Below are positions 11,701-21,428 of a stretch of 64,000 nt of DNA, one piece after another (position 1 is the stretch's first letter; each line of letters starts with the position of its first letter). The notes under the pieces are model-generated. The model was given only the letters and a program-made list of their open reading frames with translations. It did not search any database and had not been told where the DNA came from. The position numbers and the translations under genes were made by a program. The DNA comes from an uncultured virus (IMG/VR IMGVR_UViG_3300034092_002689) (Duplodnaviria; Heunggongvirae; Uroviricota; Caudoviricetes): IMG/VR virus record IMGVR_UViG_3300034092_002689; one strand, written 5' to 3'.

Positions 11701-13494
11701 ATCATTAATATTACTTGTTCCGAGCAATGTAATAGGATTTATGCGATGACGAGTTTTTGTATTTGCGTAAAAAGTAACATTCTTAAAAAAGTTAATGTCT
11801 TTAGCAATCGGCGGTATATCGTTTGCTTGATTAATGCCTTCTCCAGTAGCAGGATTTGTATACAAAGGAGTATTTGTATTTCTTAAATCTTCTGGATAAG
11901 TATCAATAAACTCTAATAGCAAAGCCGCATATTCTGCTGGAGTAGGAAATGCTTCGTATACAAGGTTCATTTCCTCATCAGGCGTTACATCGATACCCAA
12001 TATTGCATTTTGTCCCGCCACAAAATTTCGAGTGCGATATACTTGAACAAAATAATCTGGATTGTTTTGGATAGTAGAAGGAATATTTATCTGAAGCTTT
12101 ACATTTGCCTCGGTAGTGCTTTGAAAATCTAAAAGATAAACATTGTATAGTGCTGAAGAAATATATTTAGAAGAAGGAAGAGCGGCATCCGTCTTTAATT
12201 GTAAAATTATATAATAAACATTTGAATAAATATTAGCCCAAACAGAATTTGGAACATCAAGCGGAATATCTAAATTTACAAGAGACTCTGCAAATGTTGG
12301 AGATCCTTGAGCGGTAACATCATTTTGAGCAGTATTTACAATATTGCGATAATTGTAAGAATAAATGTTTGTAGTGGCTGCAGGTGCTGCTGCCGGTACT
12401 GCTGCTGCAGTAGATGAGAACTTTATTGTAGTAGCAGATACTTCTGTAATTAACCAAAAAGGAGTAGTGGTGGTATTATTTAGAGCATTAAATGTTGCTC
12501 CAGCTCCTTGTATCTCAATTCTATCTCCTACTCTAAATACTTCAGTAGGATTACCAGAAGAAAAAGTTACAATTCCTTGCGAACCTGTAGTTTCAAATGT
12601 GCTAATCTGTAAAGGTTTATTATTAGCAATAGCATTTGTATCGGCTAAAAGCGAAAATCTATCGATATAAGTGGCAATATCTACAACATTAGTACGCATT
12701 GTTTCAGCAGAAGCATTTTTTTCTGTATAAAATTCCTGAGAAAATGTCGTATTGAATGTTTCGCTTAATGCGTTAGTGTTTATATTGTGTATTACAGAAA
12801 AATATGTAACGCCGTTTTGCTGTAGATTATCTAAGGTCAAACAAAGCGCATTAATATCCATTGCAGTTACAGAAGAAAGATAATTATATACCGCAATACT
12901 ATCGCTTGGTGCTCCTAAAATAAGATTATCGTTTAAGTCTTTGTATCCCCAAATTACTCGATAAGCCACTGTAGCATCTAAAGGAAGAAATCCTGTTTGT
13001 TGGCCCTGCACTATGTCCAAATTGGCATAAAAATTTACAGCTTTTACTGCACCGGCATCTTTAATAAATCCTGATGCGGTAGTAAAATCTGCAGGACTTC
13101 TGGCTGCAATCTTTTTAATCCCTTTATTAGTAGTAAAATATAAATTCTTATTAGATTGAATGGATTTTATTCTTAAACCATCTTCTACTTCTTCTATGCT
13201 TCCGGCAAAATCAGCAAAAATCGCTTTTCCGTTAATATCAACCTCTCCCGTGTCGTATTGAAGAGTTTGATGTAAATGATTTAGAATGCGATTTTTATAT
13301 GCAATAACCTGCTTAGATCGTTTCGTTCCATCTCCTAGAATGTCAGTATATTCATTGTATCCTCTTCTGGATTCAACGACATTATCTCGACGAATAATGA
13401 CATTGTCAGCGACAACGAGCGAACCTTCCGGCAAAGCCAGATTGTTGGGGCTATAATTTAAACCCAATGCTTTGAGGTTAATCTGCGAGGCCAA
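8752..13494 (-). CDS. Tail nozzle / tubular protein B-like (P22 gp10-type stabilisation protein) with inserted beta-domains (1580 aa)
   Basis: N-terminal GLNYSPNNLALPEGSLVVADNVIIRRDNVVESRRG; propeller-like NRIYYSK...LFVFKQDGLFRI; FCCH-like inserts (CTITTNIPHGLMTGDKIII; ITTSTPHGLITNRRVTI); follows the adaptor gene. Confidence 0.7.
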   Translation of the reverse strand: MASQINLKALGLNYSPNNLALPEGSLVVADNVIIRRDNVVESRRGYNEYTDILGDGTKRSKQVIAYKNRILNHLHQTLQYDTGEVDINGKAIFADFAGSIEEVEDGLRIKSIQSNKNLYFTTNKGIKKIAARSPADFTTASGFIKDAGAVKAVNFYANLDIVQGQQTGFLPLDATVAYRVIWGYKDLNDNLILGAPSDSIAVYNYLSSVTAMDINALCLTLDNLQQNGVTYFSVIHNINTNALSETFNTTFSQEFYTEKNASAETMRTNVVDIATYIDRFSLLADTNAIANNKPLQISTFETTGSQGIVTFSSGNPTEVFRVGDRIEIQGAGATFNALNNTTTTPFWLITEVSATTIKFSSTAAAVPAAAPAATTNIYSYNYRNIVNTAQNDVTAQGSPTFAESLVNLDIPLDVPNSVWANIYSNVYYIILQLKTDAALPSSKYISSALYNVYLLDFQSTTEANVKLQINIPSTIQNNPDYFVQVYRTRNFVAGQNAILGIDVTPDEEMNLVYEAFPTPAEYAALLLEFIDTYPEDLRNTNTPLYTNPATGEGINQANDIPPIAKDINFFKNVTFYANTKTRHRINPITLLGTSNINDGDKIIISDGTTAGTTEYTFNLGSPEINTFTFDNSTTVADLQNKYFTMNSADDEIFYYFWYRLDNVGVDPLVPNKIGKVIDILTGDTLAKICVKTINAINSLSYDFTAITNNTYTITVTAANATQGDIYEDTNGSLFTVVSTISGGTTLVVIGDTNPVAGPSNLSLLQGSGDPTISYSAFTSITNVVISENVNEGITSDATIGDINASKLSLSIEQGSGEDALNNKILLSQVDSRAQAIDITARSMVSVINKNINSPINAYYISGSTTLPGIMNLESKTLLDIPIYIMAQNLAVGTSFSPDIAPLNSADQTASKYITSITPGNPCTITTNIPHGLMTGDKIIIANTITNADINGIHTIIRTGANTFTIPVNVITVTSFAGAWSKLSDTVVSSNEKKPNRIYYSKYLQPEAVPILNALDVGSEDQEILRIFPLRDSLFVFKQDGLFRISGEVEPFVITLFDTSCVLIAPDSVAVANNIIYAWTNKGISNVTEAGVTEISRPIDTQILKLASSNYNTFNKVTWGLGYDSDNSYTVFTNSQIGDQYATVGFRFSNLTNTWTNIKRSQTCGVVNPFDDKIYTGSGTYSLVDQERKQFNRLDYSDRDFGVQLTDTNILNGGGTLRLASVSGIKEGDVITQNQILTIYAYNSLLNKLVFDPSTQNPYDTLTITTGANLRTAIVNLANLLDTDVGLTSTSYFANIGDYTGIITDVTPDITNTIITTSTPHGLITNRRVTISGTNGTITPSINGTYSVTVTGPNTFTIPVVIIVGDSNPLGVGLTYSTNQNLQTQEDIAACYNIIINMLNELTSGTSFKNYATVSSSQLYEAVILSVNKALNILTVNLPLQWIVGPAQIYSSIACELQYAPLIFGDPLRLKQIYEATLMFNNKAFTRATASFSSDLKPEFFPIDFYGQGSGIYGHYSEPGYGFGFYGGESNSAPFRTIIPRETQRCRFINVKFSHNVARELWSLYGITLTGNVQESTRAYR

Positions 13495-14853
13495 TTAGTA
13501 CCTCCTTCTGAAGCGGCTCTTACCTAAACGCAATAATGAATAACGATTAAAAACTTTTGAGATACTGCCTTCTACTCTCGATCCAATTAGCGTTTCTTGA
13601 TATTTATTCATTTCTGCTAATTTAGATTGGCTAATTTGATATCCTTGCACATCACCAATAGCCATTAATACACGAGAAGCGGCTCTTTCTGCCAAAGCAT
13701 TATGTAATTCAGGGGGAATTTGAGGAATAATACATTCATTTTGTAAACAAATGTAATCTCCAATTTTAATATTAAAAAACGAAAGACTTCCACCGCTGCT
13801 ATTGTTTAAATATGTTTGCAGACTAGATACAGAAAACTTAGCAACGGTTCCGCTAATAGCGACAATTGGAATGTCATATGTATAAGTACGGTGGCCGGGA
13901 TTCGTTTGTAAGAAATCCACTAAAGACCCAACGGAATATAAAGAACTTACATCCATCGTTTCTGGATCAGTATATGTCGACGGAAGCTGATTAAAATTAA
14001 TAGATAAGTTTTGATTATCTATTTCAAACCCTTGAGGATTTAAAGCATTTTCTTTTTTAATCAAAGTAAAACTATCGTAAATATCGTTATATGTAACTGT
14101 TACAATGTTTGCAGTCACATTAGAAGAAACGCCAGATAAATTTGCAGCATTAATAGCAGTATTTAAATTAACTGCCGTTAAAACATTCGTAGCGCCTATA
14201 ACAAATTGATAGTTAGGATTAAGAGGATCAATCACCGTTACTGCTTCAAAAATATAAAGATCGGGTGTAGGAGAGTTATTTCCCAATCCAATATATATTT
14301 TATCACCAGCCTCTATGTTTGTATTATTAACGACTTCAATATCTTTTTTGAAGTTTTGAATAATAGCAGCTCTATCATTGTTTACTAATGCATTTGGTCT
14401 TAGAAAAATAAAGAAGTTTAGCTTTCCATTTGCACCAGATTGTACAAGAGGAGTAAGTACTACTTCATTACCTTCCAGATAATATTTAGAGATTGTTTGA
14501 TTTGATCCGTTGCTTTGTTGAAAAAATGCCTTATCATCCGGAGCAATACGACTCATGTCGTAAAAGTTTCCGTATGTATCGGAATACTTCAAGTCACGCA
14601 AAGTCATGCCAATCGCTCTATTTGGTATCTCGTAACGGCTCACTCCATTCACTAAATCCACAGTTTGCTTGTAGATAAAGTATTCTTCATGCTCCATCTT
14701 TACCGAAGGCACAGCACTAAGCTGCAACTCTTCGTTTAGAAAAGCTACCAAATCACTATATTTAAGCGAATTTTGACTAATAGGGAACGATATACGCCTT
14801 TTTATCGAGGCGATCAGATCGTCCGTTGTCATCCACGGTTTTGCGTTTGCCAT
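13495..14853 (-). CDS. Head-tail adaptor / tubular protein A-like (452 aa)
   Basis: Helical N-terminus (TDDLIASIKRRI...LVAFLNEEL), RYEIP, C-terminal IPPELHNALAERAA; immediately upstream of the nozzle. Confidence 0.6.
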   Translation of the reverse strand: MANAKPWMTTDDLIASIKRRISFPISQNSLKYSDLVAFLNEELQLSAVPSVKMEHEEYFIYKQTVDLVNGVSRYEIPNRAIGMTLRDLKYSDTYGNFYDMSRIAPDDKAFFQQSNGSNQTISKYYLEGNEVVLTPLVQSGANGKLNFFIFLRPNALVNNDRAAIIQNFKKDIEVVNNTNIEAGDKIYIGLGNNSPTPDLYIFEAVTVIDPLNPNYQFVIGATNVLTAVNLNTAINAANLSGVSSNVTANIVTVTYNDIYDSFTLIKKENALNPQGFEIDNQNLSINFNQLPSTYTDPETMDVSSLYSVGSLVDFLQTNPGHRTYTYDIPIVAISGTVAKFSVSSLQTYLNNSSGGSLSFFNIKIGDYICLQNECIIPQIPPELHNALAERAASRVLMAIGDVQGYQISQSKLAEMNKYQETLIGSRVEGSISKVFNRYSLLRLGKSRFRRRY

Positions 14854-14863
14854 TTAGCACCCC

Positions 14864-15289
14864 TTAAGCAAGATTGTGCTTGGCGAGTTTTTCTTTAAGC
14901 TTCTTAATTTCTTCTTCTAAATCGGCAACTTTTTTCTCTTCACCCTCTTCTTCAGATTCCTCTTCAGATGCTTCCATTTCAGGAGCTTCTTCTTCTTCGG
15001 ATTCTTCTTCTTCAGAAGCCATTTCTGGCATTTCTTCAGACATCATTTCGGGAGCGAGATCTTTATTTCCAACAATTTCTTTTGCCTTATCGAGACCCTT
15101 TTCGAGTCCTTCTGGCGAATCAGAAGCAACGGTGACTTTTTTAAGGTTTTTAACCTTATCGCCTTCCATGTCCATCATTTCACCAATCAAATCTTCCAGA
15201 ATACCGGATTTTGCTTTGGCATGATTTTCAGAAAGAACTTCACCTTTATCGGCTTTTTTCTTCATCAATTGATGTAACTTGTGTTTCAT
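14864..15289 (-). CDS. Hypothetical protein with Glu-rich acidic tract (141 aa)
   Basis: GAGG RBS; KVTVASDSPEGLEKGLDKAKEI followed by PEM/ASEEE repeats. Confidence 0.7.
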   Translation of the reverse strand: MKHKLHQLMKKKADKGEVLSENHAKAKSGILEDLIGEMMDMEGDKVKNLKKVTVASDSPEGLEKGLDKAKEIVGNKDLAPEMMSEEMPEMASEEEESEEEEAPEMEASEEESEEEGEEKKVADLEEEIKKLKEKLAKHNLA

Positions 15290-15304
15290 TTACTTTGCCT
15301 CTAA

Positions 15305-15505
15305 TTAAGACAGATTGTAAGTAACGGAATTTCCGCCAGTAACGGCAACAGCAACAGTAGCGTCTACAGTTCCTGCTTCAATTCCTTTGATGAGGTTTTC
15401 CAGTTCTACCATTCCAGACTGGGGGTTTGCCGCATCTTTAAGTTTAGCGTTCATATCGCCAACAGAAAGTTTGCTAGCGTTAATAGTGATGGTCATAATA
15501 GCCAT
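15305..15505 (-). CDS. Hypothetical protein (66 aa)
   Basis: AGGAGA RBS; in operon. Confidence 0.65.
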   Translation of the reverse strand: MAIMTITINASKLSVGDMNAKLKDAANPQSGMVELENLIKGIEAGTVDATVAVAVTGGNSVTYNLS

Positions 15506-15528
15506 TTGTATTTCTCCTACTTTATAGC

Positions 15529-15963
15529 TTATTTTTTTAACAGCATTATTAATGAAATTAAGGCTTGTGCTGCTAACAATGCCTTAATCCAACTTGGTAA
15601 ATCTTGTTGTACAATTTCTTTAAGAATTACAGGTTTTTCGATAACTTCTATTTCTTTTTGAACGATAGGAATTTCTACTCGTTCTACTTGCCATTCTTTT
15701 TGTAGTACTATGACTTGTTTTTCGATTTCTTTAATTTCTGTTTCTTTTACAATAACGGGAACTTCTATGCGTTCTACTTGTAGTTCTTTTTGAGTGATTA
15801 TTACAGGAACTTCAATTTTTTGTATTTCAGGCATTTTAAGTTCCGGAATGTTAAAGGTAGGCATTTCTCCGCCGACCACTATGACACGCTTTGCGTCAAG
15901 AGATTCATCATGCTCAAACGCAGTAATCTGATTATAATCTCTTAAAGTGATCTTTCTGCTCAT
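15529..15963 (-). CDS. Membrane-anchored protein with VERIEVPVI-type repeats (144 aa), probably leaderless
   Basis: Repeats QKIEVPVI/VERIEVPVI/VERVEIPIV; C-terminal TM helix; ATG 6 nt after the promoter motif with no RBS. Confidence 0.7.
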   Translation of the reverse strand: MSRKITLRDYNQITAFEHDESLDAKRVIVVGGEMPTFNIPELKMPEIQKIEVPVIITQKELQVERIEVPVIVKETEIKEIEKQVIVLQKEWQVERVEIPIVQKEIEVIEKPVILKEIVQQDLPSWIKALLAAQALISLIMLLKK

Positions 15964-15969
15964 GTATAT

Positions 15970-15980
15970 AGTTGTTAAAA
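15970..15980 (-). promoter_or_regulatory. Phage late-type promoter motif TTTTAACAACT
   Basis: 6 nt before the ATG of 15529-15963. Confidence 0.8.
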
Positions 15981-15985
15981 TTTGA

Positions 15986-18748
15986 TTAAGTTAAAGATAA
16001 AGCCCTAAATTTTACTACAGCGTTATTGAATCCGGCAATGTTCCCAATAGTCATCATCATTTGTCCATTATTAACCATGTTAAAATCTAATAAAGAAATA
16101 GTATCGCCAATATAGTTAAATTGAAGCTCATAGCTAGACCAATTAGATGGATCTTTTCTAAGCCCTCTAATTTCGACAGAAGTATAAAGATCTGTAGTAG
16201 CGTCGATATAGATGCTCATATAAACAATAAAACTGGTCACAGAATACGAGAATGTTAGTCCAGTAATATATTGATTGGTAAAGTTATTTAATAAACCGTT
16301 CCAAGTGGTAGGAGGAATATCTCCACTAGATGCTCCGCTTGCGCTAATGGTAATAAGATTAGCTCCATGGCTAATGCTAATACCTGTACCTGCTGCAATA
16401 TTCTTAGATTCAATGGCATTATTAGCGTTATTAAAGCCTATGACATAGTTAGCGCCGGGATATGTATTAAACCCTAATCCGCCATTAGCAAATGGCAGGA
16501 TACCGCTTATATCGGTCGTAGCGTCGATTTGAGCGGATCCAGAAGTAACCCTGCCCTTTGTGTCGGTAGTTACTTTGACATAGGTGCCAGCCGTTCCTAC
16601 GGCGGCTAATGTAGCGCCTACAGAGCCCGGTCCGGTAGCAGTAACATCTCCGGTAAGATCGGTAATATAATTACCAACAGGCTGTTTACCGGTTAAGAGA
16701 GTATCTACCTGAGTTTGAGTATAATACCGAGCATCGCCTCGAGCTTGGTTAAAGTACTGCAAATGGTCGTCATTTGATAAATTAGAGAGCAGACTATGAG
16801 AACTGGCCACTGCTCCAGATGGAGTGTAGGTTTGAGTACCCCTAAAATCTACATAGTTTGCACCAGTGTCGGTAGACCGAACACGAGCTTTGGGAACATT
16901 AGGATAACCATCAGCAGTTTCAAAAATAACCGTACCAAGCGCTACAAATTCTGCGAATGGTAAACCGGTAAGAGATGTTATTTCACTAATTGCTCCAGTT
17001 CTTGCGCTAACTATTGTGTTGTATGCATTGATGCCTTGTACGCCGACTACTGGATTATCTATGTCGTTAGTAGCAAAAATATGTACTAAAACATATTGAT
17101 TATTTGGCACTTCAGATAAAGACCAGTTTCCTCCGCTAAGTAAATTGTAAGGAAGGCGACCATGTGATCCAGTGTATCCGGCAGTACCGCTATAAATTAC
17201 GGGATATGCATCTGCTGCTTTTTTGCGCCATTCAGTATTTATTCTATAAAGAATGGGAATTTGAGATTGTGCTAAATATTGTATTAATAAATCTTCGTCA
17301 CGAATAGAACCGGAGTCAGAAGTAAATTGAGCATCGGCAGCAGTATTTCCAGTGCCATCTACGGAGAAGTTTTGTAATGCTCCGCCTGATAAAAATCTGG
17401 CTCCAAATACCGTATGAAGGTATGTGTGAGTCATACCGTCCATAACTAGACCATGGCGTTCATTTGCGAAGTATACATGAGAACCAGTGGTATTATTCCA
17501 ATATACAATAGATACAAAAGCATTATCTAAAAATATATTTGAATTAAAAACATCGGTATTAGTCAGATTACCACTAGCATCGAAATAAATATAATGACTG
17601 CCTGTGCTAGTACCAATAGTAGTAGTTAAAGATGCAGATTTAGTATATTTTGCACCTTTTACATATACATCGTAACTTCCAGATACTGGAGCAATAGTAA
17701 ATTCACGAGTAGCGTCATTAAAAGATATTGTTGTAGTAGAGGCATCTGCAAATCCAGTAGGTTCTTTTTGTACTAAATTATAAGCATCAAAAGTAGCTAC
17801 TGGTAAGTAGTTTCCGGCTACACCATCAACATAACTTTTTACCGCATTTTGTGAAGGGTATAAAGTGTCAGAAGTACCAAGAGCAGTATTGGTAGATTTA
17901 TTTGCAACATCTTCTGGAGTAAATCCTAAAGCGTCTTGTTTTCCATCAAAAGTATTCCAGTCCGTAGAACTTAATGCGCCATTTGTAGAAGCACTAGCTA
18001 AGTCTAGCGACAATACTTGTCCAGTAACATTCAGCCCGTTACCATTTACGCCATCAATAGTAACAGGATCATGACTACTTTGATCGATGGTAATACCTGC
18101 AGAACCGGGAGTTAATGTTACTACTCCTGCGGTATCTGGAGATTTTAAAATCCAGCTAAGACGGTCAGTGCTGACCTCTACATAACCGGTTACTATTGCA
18201 TTTTCTTCTACATGCAATCCGGCAGAACCACCTGATCCAGCACTTCCTCCGCTGTTTAATGTAATGTTTTTATCTTTAACATTAAGATTAGTGACATCTT
18301 GATAGAAGGTAGTACCTTGAATATTGACCGTTGCTCCAACATTACCAATATTGATGGTAGATGCATTGGTAGGTCCAATATTTAATGTACCACTAGCAAG
18401 AGTAGTATCTAATGTTCCAGTGAGATTTAAACTATTAAAAGTTACGGTAGATCCTGTGCCTATGTCTTGTGGAAGGCTTAATCGTATTTCATTCGCATGA
18501 GTAGTGGCATCTACGCTTATTTGATTAGCGTTATCTCCGGTAATGGAAGACGCTACTAATGATCCGCCTTGAGAAGTTACTAATTCGCCATTAGTAAGTG
18601 GTACATCTTGAAGCGTAAGAGATCCATCTACCACCAACACTGAGTTAGCATTAGCACCTGTTACCGGACCACCTATAGACACGCTAGGTGAAGATGCTGC
18701 TCCAGTATCGATTATTTGTCCGGTGAAAACATCAAAAATTACAGGCAT
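15986..18748 (-). CDS. Tail fibre / structural protein (920 aa)
   Basis: Thr/Gly/Ser-rich fibre motifs (LTGDVTATGPGS, GTYVKVTTDTKGRVTSG, NIAAGTGISI). Confidence 0.7.
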   Translation of the reverse strand: MPVIFDVFTGQIIDTGAASSPSVSIGGPVTGANANSVLVVDGSLTLQDVPLTNGELVTSQGGSLVASSITGDNANQISVDATTHANEIRLSLPQDIGTGSTVTFNSLNLTGTLDTTLASGTLNIGPTNASTINIGNVGATVNIQGTTFYQDVTNLNVKDKNITLNSGGSAGSGGSAGLHVEENAIVTGYVEVSTDRLSWILKSPDTAGVVTLTPGSAGITIDQSSHDPVTIDGVNGNGLNVTGQVLSLDLASASTNGALSSTDWNTFDGKQDALGFTPEDVANKSTNTALGTSDTLYPSQNAVKSYVDGVAGNYLPVATFDAYNLVQKEPTGFADASTTTISFNDATREFTIAPVSGSYDVYVKGAKYTKSASLTTTIGTSTGSHYIYFDASGNLTNTDVFNSNIFLDNAFVSIVYWNNTTGSHVYFANERHGLVMDGMTHTYLHTVFGARFLSGGALQNFSVDGTGNTAADAQFTSDSGSIRDEDLLIQYLAQSQIPILYRINTEWRKKAADAYPVIYSGTAGYTGSHGRLPYNLLSGGNWSLSEVPNNQYVLVHIFATNDIDNPVVGVQGINAYNTIVSARTGAISEITSLTGLPFAEFVALGTVIFETADGYPNVPKARVRSTDTGANYVDFRGTQTYTPSGAVASSHSLLSNLSNDDHLQYFNQARGDARYYTQTQVDTLLTGKQPVGNYITDLTGDVTATGPGSVGATLAAVGTAGTYVKVTTDTKGRVTSGSAQIDATTDISGILPFANGGLGFNTYPGANYVIGFNNANNAIESKNIAAGTGISISHGANLITISASGASSGDIPPTTWNGLLNNFTNQYITGLTFSYSVTSFIVYMSIYIDATTDLYTSVEIRGLRKDPSNWSSYELQFNYIGDTISLLDFNMVNNGQMMMTIGNIAGFNNAVVKFRALSLT

Positions 18749-18763
18749 AATTTTTCCGTATTT

Positions 18764-19021
18764 TTAAGCAGTTCTTTCGGCAGAAACCATTTGTGTACGA
18801 GTATTATCAGTATAAGTGATAGTGTATTCGTACAAGGTTACTCCATTTTCTATGAAAGTGTAAACAGCAACACTTCCTCCCGATACATCAACTTCTACTC
18901 TTCTTCCTACCTTAGCAATAAGAAATCCATTTGTGCTAAGGGAAGCATCTGCGTCATTGAACGATAGCTTCAATGTTTGCTGAAAATCTCTATCGCTCAT
19001 TACCTTTTTTGTATTAGACAC
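18764..19021 (-). CDS. Small structural protein (85 aa), paralog of 36513-36992
   Basis: Shares N- and C-terminal motifs with the 159-aa protein (see findings). Confidence 0.65.
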   Translation of the reverse strand: MSNTKKVMSDRDFQQTLKLSFNDADASLSTNGFLIAKVGRRVEVDVSGGSVAVYTFIENGVTLYEYTITYTDNTRTQMVSAERTA

Positions 19022-19023
19022 AA

Positions 19024-19551
19024 TTACCTCACGATTCTAGCTCTAGCTGCAGCTCTTTCTGCTTTAATTTCTGCAGGGCAAGGAATTCCAGCATCCATTT
19101 CTCTAATTACTAACCAATCAGTCGAGGCAAGATATTCTAATGATTCTTTATTTATCTTTTCTTGCTCAAGCTGTGCTGTAATATCTTCAATCTCTACCGT
19201 GTACTCGGCTTTCAGTTTTACTTCCTTGTGGGTCTTGGCAGGAACTCCCTCGGTGTAAACCGCAGGAACTTCCTCCGTTGCCTCAGAGATTAGGTTTCCA
19301 TTGTCGTAAACCGCAGGCTTTGCCGGGATACCTTCAGAGATTAAAACAGGTTCAACGGCTGGTTCGTCTTCGACTACACGCTCATCGAGTACATCAGCCT
19401 CGTCGTAGCTTTCGGCCATCGGCTCGTCCTTGTGTGGTACCCAGCGCTCGGGGAGGCCGTGCCCCATTCGATGCAAGCGCTCGACTAAATTTGCATTATC
19501 AATATACTCACAAAATGCACCTGATTTTTCAGTTACTTTTATTTTAAACAT
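19024..19551 (-). CDS. Tail fibre assembly chaperone-like protein (175 aa)
   Basis: C-terminal YLASTDWLVIRE...IKAERAAAR resembles phage tail assembly chaperones; follows a fibre gene. Confidence 0.55.
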   Translation of the reverse strand: MFKIKVTEKSGAFCEYIDNANLVERLHRMGHGLPERWVPHKDEPMAESYDEADVLDERVVEDEPAVEPVLISEGIPAKPAVYDNGNLISEATEEVPAVYTEGVPAKTHKEVKLKAEYTVEIEDITAQLEQEKINKESLEYLASTDWLVIREMDAGIPCPAEIKAERAAARARIVR

Positions 19552-19553
19552 AA

Positions 19554-21419
19554 TCAGTTCCCGATTCTTTCGATGTTTATATAACTTCTTTGTGTCGCCA
19601 CGGTAGTTCCCGCAAAAGTAAACGATGATGTGTCTCGAATATCAATATAGTCCCCGGCATTTAATTGAATCAAAATGACTCCACTATTAAAATAAACCAC
19701 ATTGTCAATGTAAAACATCGTCGCAAATACTGTTCCGTTTTTGTGTATGTTAACATTCGTGTTTGCTCCTGCGCTGTAATATAAAGAAGTGTTGACTCTA
19801 TATATTCCACTCACTGGAGCCGTAAATTTCCAAGATGCTCCTGTCGTAACAGCGTTATGAGTATCAAAATTTTTAGTATCGTAGTTTATCTGTGAAGTGT
19901 TAACGGCAAGAGATGCTGGTGAAATATAATAACTCGCCGCCACCGTCTCACTGGCAGCGATGGCGCTGGGGCCGGAGAGTCTAAACATTGAAAAGGTGTC
20001 TGAAGCAGGAATAGAACTTGTAGCAGAAAGTACCGGAACTAATGTGATTTGATCTCCAGCCACTAAATCTTGAAGAAGAAAAGTGTTTGCAATATTTCTT
20101 CGTGCGCTTGAATCAGCATAAATAAAAGTAGTGGGATCAAATATCACACCATTTTTACGCACTTCAATATTCATTGCCGCACTAAATCCATAGAAAAATG
20201 CAGTAAAACAATAATCTCCAGAAACAGGAACCGTGTAAGTATTGGTTCCGTTAAAAGTCCCGTGACTATTTTTTGAAACAGTTGACCAACTTAAAGGCGT
20301 TCCAGAAGTTATAGTTGAACTTGATAAACCTCTTACTTTAAAATCAACAACCCTCGTATCCGCAGAGTCGCTTGTCTGAACGGACGAGCTCCAGCCTTCC
20401 ACAGGTACGGAGGCGGTAAAAGCCATGAAAGTTCCAGAGGCAGTAAGCTGGTTTCCATTCAATTTTCCAAGCCCCGCAAATGATGTAGCCTGTACTCCGA
20501 AAGTAACATAGGAGACTGAAGAGTCCATAAGAGCAGTGAATGACCCTGCCCCAGTACTGTTAAATACCGCAACCCCACCTGTCGGCTGAGTAGATCCAAT
20601 TTTAGATGAGCTTGAGGTTAATCCTGAAGGTAGGCTAACTCGTGCCTCTACTGCGGTAGATGTACCACTAGCAAATTTACCCCGAATCTCAACATTATCG
20701 CCAACCCTGCGCCATTGAAACTGGACTGATGTCGGAGTTCCAAATCCCTGAAATGTCGGCGTGTAGCTCTGCCAATCAGTAACAGGCGTACCGTAGATGT
20801 AATTAGATCTAGTCATTTGAAAATTATCAAATACTAATCCGACAGAAATGCTGGGGGTGGTTTGCAAGCAAACAATGGCGACACGATATTGTTGTCCTGC
20901 TACCATTGCGGTTTGAAAAGTAGCTCTAGCAGTAGAAATGCCATTTCCTGTCATGGACAAGAAACCTGCTGGCTGTACCCAAGCACTTGCTGTTACATCG
21001 TAAACATAAATGGCAAATGTTTGTTGTCCTAATACTCCGGAAAAGTTTATGGAAGAAGGATTTATAGTGGGTTCATAGTCAAATGTAATATTTAGTACTT
21101 TACCTTGATCTTGGCGATCAATAGTAATTACATCCGAAATAATACCTTGTCCTGCTGTCCATCCAGTGTTTCCCGAGTTTACTCTTAATGATAATTTACC
21201 AGTAAGGGGATTAACTGCGTATGCATCAAAAAATGTAATAGATGCTGCTGTTCCAACAGTGAGAGATCCAGTAGGAACTCCGCTGGTTAAAGTAGTGGTA
21301 AATTTATTCCAACCTGCAGTACTAGCATTTTCAAAATTACTTTTTAAATAATTTTTTTCTTCAGCAATACCTTCAATATTGCTTAATGTGAGAGTACGAA
21401 ATGAACTATTTGTAGCCAT
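19554..21419 (-). CDS. Receptor-binding / fibre protein with tandem C1q-like domains (621 aa)
   Basis: FTAPVSGIYRV...QLNAGDYIDI and YTVPVSGDYCF...LVAGDQITL are C1q/TNF-like signatures. Confidence 0.7.
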   Translation of the reverse strand: MATNSSFRTLTLSNIEGIAEEKNYLKSNFENASTAGWNKFTTTLTSGVPTGSLTVGTAASITFFDAYAVNPLTGKLSLRVNSGNTGWTAGQGIISDVITIDRQDQGKVLNITFDYEPTINPSSINFSGVLGQQTFAIYVYDVTASAWVQPAGFLSMTGNGISTARATFQTAMVAGQQYRVAIVCLQTTPSISVGLVFDNFQMTRSNYIYGTPVTDWQSYTPTFQGFGTPTSVQFQWRRVGDNVEIRGKFASGTSTAVEARVSLPSGLTSSSSKIGSTQPTGGVAVFNSTGAGSFTALMDSSVSYVTFGVQATSFAGLGKLNGNQLTASGTFMAFTASVPVEGWSSSVQTSDSADTRVVDFKVRGLSSSTITSGTPLSWSTVSKNSHGTFNGTNTYTVPVSGDYCFTAFFYGFSAAMNIEVRKNGVIFDPTTFIYADSSARRNIANTFLLQDLVAGDQITLVPVLSATSSIPASDTFSMFRLSGPSAIAASETVAASYYISPASLAVNTSQINYDTKNFDTHNAVTTGASWKFTAPVSGIYRVNTSLYYSAGANTNVNIHKNGTVFATMFYIDNVVYFNSGVILIQLNAGDYIDIRDTSSFTFAGTTVATQRSYINIERIGN

Positions 21420-21428
21420 ATTTTTTCC

